Made by a program: the position numbers and the translations under genes. Under the pieces are notes generated by a model. The model was not told where the DNA came from. It did no database searches and saw only the letters and a list, made by a program, of their open reading frames with translations. This document shows, in pieces, positions 60,054 to 64,000 of a stretch of DNA of 64,000 nt. Source of the stretch: Takakia lepidozioides (Eukaryota > Plantae > Bryophyta); contig CM060731.1 in the NCBI GenBank assembly GCA_030704615.1, positions 62,062,001-62,126,000 of the forward strand, in the 5' to 3' direction. Each line of letters opens with the position of its first letter. The first letter of the stretch is position 1.

Positions 60054-63000
60054 CATCAACCTGCTAGCATAGTACATAGGTGAATCTATATTTCCTGTAA
60101 CATTTTGGGCTAACACCGCTCCCAACGCTTCTCCTGAGGCATCACAGTGAACATGAAATACTACATGCCAGTGAGGGTTAATCAGCACAGGTGTAGTTGT
60201 TACTGACAATGTAAGTTTCTCAAAAGCCTGTTGACATTCAGCTGTCCATAAAAACACTGCATCTTTCTTCAGAAGCTTGCTCAATGGTGCTGCTATCTGT
60301 GCATACCTTTTGACAAATCTTCTGTAATAACTGGTTTGTCCAAGGAATCTCCTTAGATTCTTAACATTCACTGGTGGTGGTGAGGCTTTAATGGCCTCTG
60401 TCTTCCTGGGATCCACAAGAAGTCCCTTCTTACACACAATGTCCCAGAAGCACCCCTGAGTTCACACAGAAAGTACACTTCTCTGGATTCAGGCCCAGAC
60501 CTCTCATCCTGCATCTGGCCAACATAACTCCAACTTATGCAAGTGCTCATTCTTAGAGTGTACACACTGAAATCATCCAAGAACACCTGCATGAAATCAT
60601 CCAGATACTCATGAAAAGATTCACTTATTACTCTCTGAAAGGTTGCTGGTGCATTACAAAGTTCAAAGGCATGACTTTGTATGCATAAGCACCCCATTTG
60701 TGATGAAAGCTGTCTTTCCTTGATCTTCTTCTGCCACTTGCACTTGATTATAACCACTGAAACCATCCATGAATGAGTACATCTCATGGCCTGCCACAGT
60801 GTCCAATACTGCTTCTGTGAATGGCAAAGGGAAAGGATCTTTCTTCGTGCAAGCATTCAACTTCTTATAGTTCACACAAACTCTCAGTTTACCATTCTTC
60901 TTGGGAACTATCACAATGGGTGACAACCAAGTTGTATACTCTATCGGGTATATAAACTTAGCCTCAGCCACTTCTTGATCTCTTCTCCAACCTTCTGTGC
61001 ATAGTTGGGATTCATTCTGTACCTTGCCTGTTTGATTGGTACTGACCCTTGTTCCAGTTCAATCTTATGCTGACAGATCTCAGGTGGTATCCCTTTTAGA
61101 TCCTCGTAGCTCCAAGCAAATACATCTCTGTATTTGATGAACAAACTCTTAGCTTCCTCAAAGAATTCTGGCTCCAAATCAGCTCCTACCTTCACCATCC
61201 TCGGTTCCTCTTCAGTTCCCACATTCACTTCCCTCACTTGCTCATCAGCTGTGATTGTCCAACCAGTCACCACTTCATCCTGTAAACTCACAGTGGCTGG
61301 TTCCTCTAGGATTTCCATTTCTCCTTCTCTTTCTTCATAGAAATGTGGTGGTAACTGCTGGTTTCTCTTCAATTGGTGTTGCTGTCACTACACCACAGCA
61401 GATACCTCTTAAACAACTTAGGCCTTCCAGCTGCATCTCTGCAACCTGCTCCCACTCTGGGTGTGCAGCGAACATAGTAGCTTCCTATTCCTCATCCAGT
61501 CCTCCCCTCCAGTCATACTCCCTGACCCCTCGAGGTCTTCTCGTAGCAGGTAATCTACTAGATTTCTTAGTGGTAATTTGTATCTTGTGCATCCCATTAT
61601 GCACAGTTAGTAACTGAGAATTCCAGTCATGGAATACCCTGGCCTGTTTCAGCCACGGACGTCCCAATAATAAGGAGTAAGCCTCCATGACTTCATCCAT
61701 TTTCAACACAGTTACCGTGATCATAAAGATCATCTTTTGTATCTGTATCTTAACTCCTCTTATCAATCCCAATGGCTGTACACTTCTTTGATCTGCCATT
61801 GATTACTGTAAATGGGGCGGTTTTCATGTTACTTAGACCAAGCTTCTGCCTTTAATTGGTCTGTCATATATTCACTCCAAGCCTCCATCTATCAGTACAT
61901 CAGTTAGTTCTGTGCTTCCAATTCTTGGATTACTGGCATAGAATCATCAAAGTCCATGACTGCTTCTCGCCCTTCCGGCTTCATATTATAACTGGTCACC
62001 TTGCTGTTCAGGTCTGTGTTTTCTGTCACATGGGCAATTCGATTGATTGCTTGATACAGCTTGTGTCTACAATAAGTGAACACGCCAATAGCTGTCCAAT
62101 GGTAATCTCTGCTTTGGTCTGACATATATACTTCAGCCAATCCCTTCATTACTCTGCATGTCTGCAGCTTCTTTCCTCCCTCATCCTCACTCAGTTCCTC
62201 TTCTCTTTCAGAATCAGAGGAATCTGCCATAGGAATATCAGTACTCTTCTGCATTTCCCTTATGGTATCTGCCACCTCCTTGTGCAGTTCCTTCTCATCT
62301 CTCCAAGCCTCATCATCTTCAGGCACATCACTGCCATCTTCATTATCATCATCTTCCTCAACTACTGGAGGTATTAGTTTGGCTTTGCTTCTCGTTACTA
62401 TCATTTACTTACTTCTGGTACAACATGGCCTAACCATGTGAGCGCCCCACTAAGCCCTCATTCACAGTAGCTCTCATCTCATTCTGGTGTCTAATCCAGA
62501 ATGAACAGGCTGCCTTTGTCCTGGCTGATTACAACAGTAACACAGTTCTTCACCATTGGGTCCTCGCCCTTGGTCTGCTCTAGGATTATTCTGTAATCCC
62601 TGATTCCCTGGCTGGTAATTTCCCTTGGATTACCCTGATAGTTGCTTCTGGAATTTCCTTGGTAATTCCCTCTTGAATTACCTCTCCCTTCCATGCCATT
62701 GTTTATAACCACCGGCCTACCATAGTGGTCCTGATCACTGTTTCTTTCTTGGCTGGGGCTGCACTTGATGCACCCTTACTTGCCTACGTTCTCTTGCAGC
62801 TGTCCTTCTATTGTAGTAATAATTCTCAGTAGAATGGTTATCCATCTTACAGATGGTACAATGTTTCTCCTTCATGTGGCATTCAGTGGTGGTATGGCCT
62901 TCATTCTGGCACTTTGCACACCAAACACCCTTCCTCCTCCAATGTGTGCAGGCCTCTGTGGGCATATTTTTTCAAGATTTCTTCTAATCTTTCTCATAGT

Positions 63001-63840
63001 TATCCCTCTTCAACTTCTCTTCTCCTTCTCTACTTCCTTTCAGTTCTTGCTCTTCTTTCTTCATCTGACTCATCCTCAAGTCCTCATCATCCCTTTTCTC
63101 TCTCCTGAGCATTCCCAATTGCTCAATTCTGTTTGTTATTTCAAATGCCTCCTCCACTGTATTATGGGGTAACATATCCACTTTCTTATGCAACTCTGGT
63201 CTTAGTCACTCACAAACCACGTCTTCTGTAAACCTGGTGCTGGTACAGCAGCCAGCTTTTTCATCATCAATTCCAATTTTTCCATATACTCCTCAACAGT
63301 TTCATGCTTCTTTTGCTTTAACTGTTGTAAGCTTCCATACACTTCATCCTCAGTTTTACTTGTCCTGAACCTATTTTGGAATGTTGTATTCAAGCCATTC
63401 CAGGTTAGGAAATGATTATCAGGAATCTTGCATACCATTCACTTGCTTTCTTGATAAGGGAACAAGGAAACAGTCTCATCTTGGCATCATCGCCATTCTC
63501 ATTGTTCACTATACACATGTGCTCAAATTGGCTAATGTGTACATCGGGATCCTTTTTTCCTGAATATATTGGAAAATGTGGTTTTGCCCGTGTTTGTTGT
63601 AACGCCATCTGTGGCCCTACCTTCTGCCCACTGACAGGTGCAGGCACCCTTGCTGGTGCTGGTCCTTGAAGACCTGTTGTAATTGTGGTGGATCTCCCAC
63701 CAAGTGGTGGCCCCTGAGCACTCCCTGCTACTGGCCCCACGATATTCACAGTATTCCCAGCTCCAATTGCACTACTTCCCACACTCCCTGTCCCCCCAGA
63801 GCCAGATCCAGGCTGCCCGCCTGATCCCCTTGAGCCGACA
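60054..63840 (-). mobile_element. gag-pol: Gypsy copy 3 (gag to RNase H), antisense and degenerate; cut by the MULE right end
   Basis: Reverse complement of the copy-1 region about 7800-11611; many indels. Confidence 0.92.
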
Positions 63841-64000
63841 TGTCGCGGCCCTTTGCCTTGAGGGCAAGGGGGTCGGGACACATGAGGGGTTGCCCTTGTG
63901 GTGGGGCAGCAGCGATAGGTATTGGGGGCTGAAGCACCCTTGAGTGCCCAAGGCACCCAAGGAGGCGGAGGCGCTCACTAGGTGGAGCCCCGCACACCGG
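63841..64000. mobile_element. Edge of an unrelated insertion into the copy-3 gag, possibly an LTR
   Basis: Homology to gag stops abruptly at 63840 and GC-rich sequence beginning TGTCGCGG follows. Confidence 0.45.

Overview
Eukaryotic, intron-containing, almost entirely transposon-derived window with no intact host gene. The repeat families and a PPR-like fragment suggest a non-seed land plant such as a fern (inference). Left half: a degenerate ORF (possibly LINE ORF1) is split by a P-element-superfamily DNA transposon (1780-24372; 15-bp TIRs, 8-bp TSD AACTAGCA). That element contains RTE-X-like LINE 3' fragments, one of which is split by a full-length 13.1-kb non-chromovirus Ty3/Gypsy element (5663-18786; TSD AGCGT) with extra ORFs both 5' of gag and 3' of pol. 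Two more rearranged copies of this Gypsy family lie at 24696-37139 (+) and 60054-63840 (-). Right half: a Mutator-like (MULE) transposon with a GCM-like/DDE/SWIM transposase. A complete 17.5-kb copy (41496-58976) is inserted into the transposase gene of a truncated sibling. The most notable feature is this MULE's cargo: a divergently transcribed, multi-exon gene whose spliced product joins a ParB/Srx-like domain (VWDGNHR) to a prokaryote-type beta-class N4C/N6A DNA-methyltransferase domain. Next to it, probably in its first intron, is a 7.4-kb array of about 64 units of 115-116 bp, each carrying a 40-bp near-perfect palindrome. Most coding regions carry frameshifts or stops, from decay and/or long-read indel errors.
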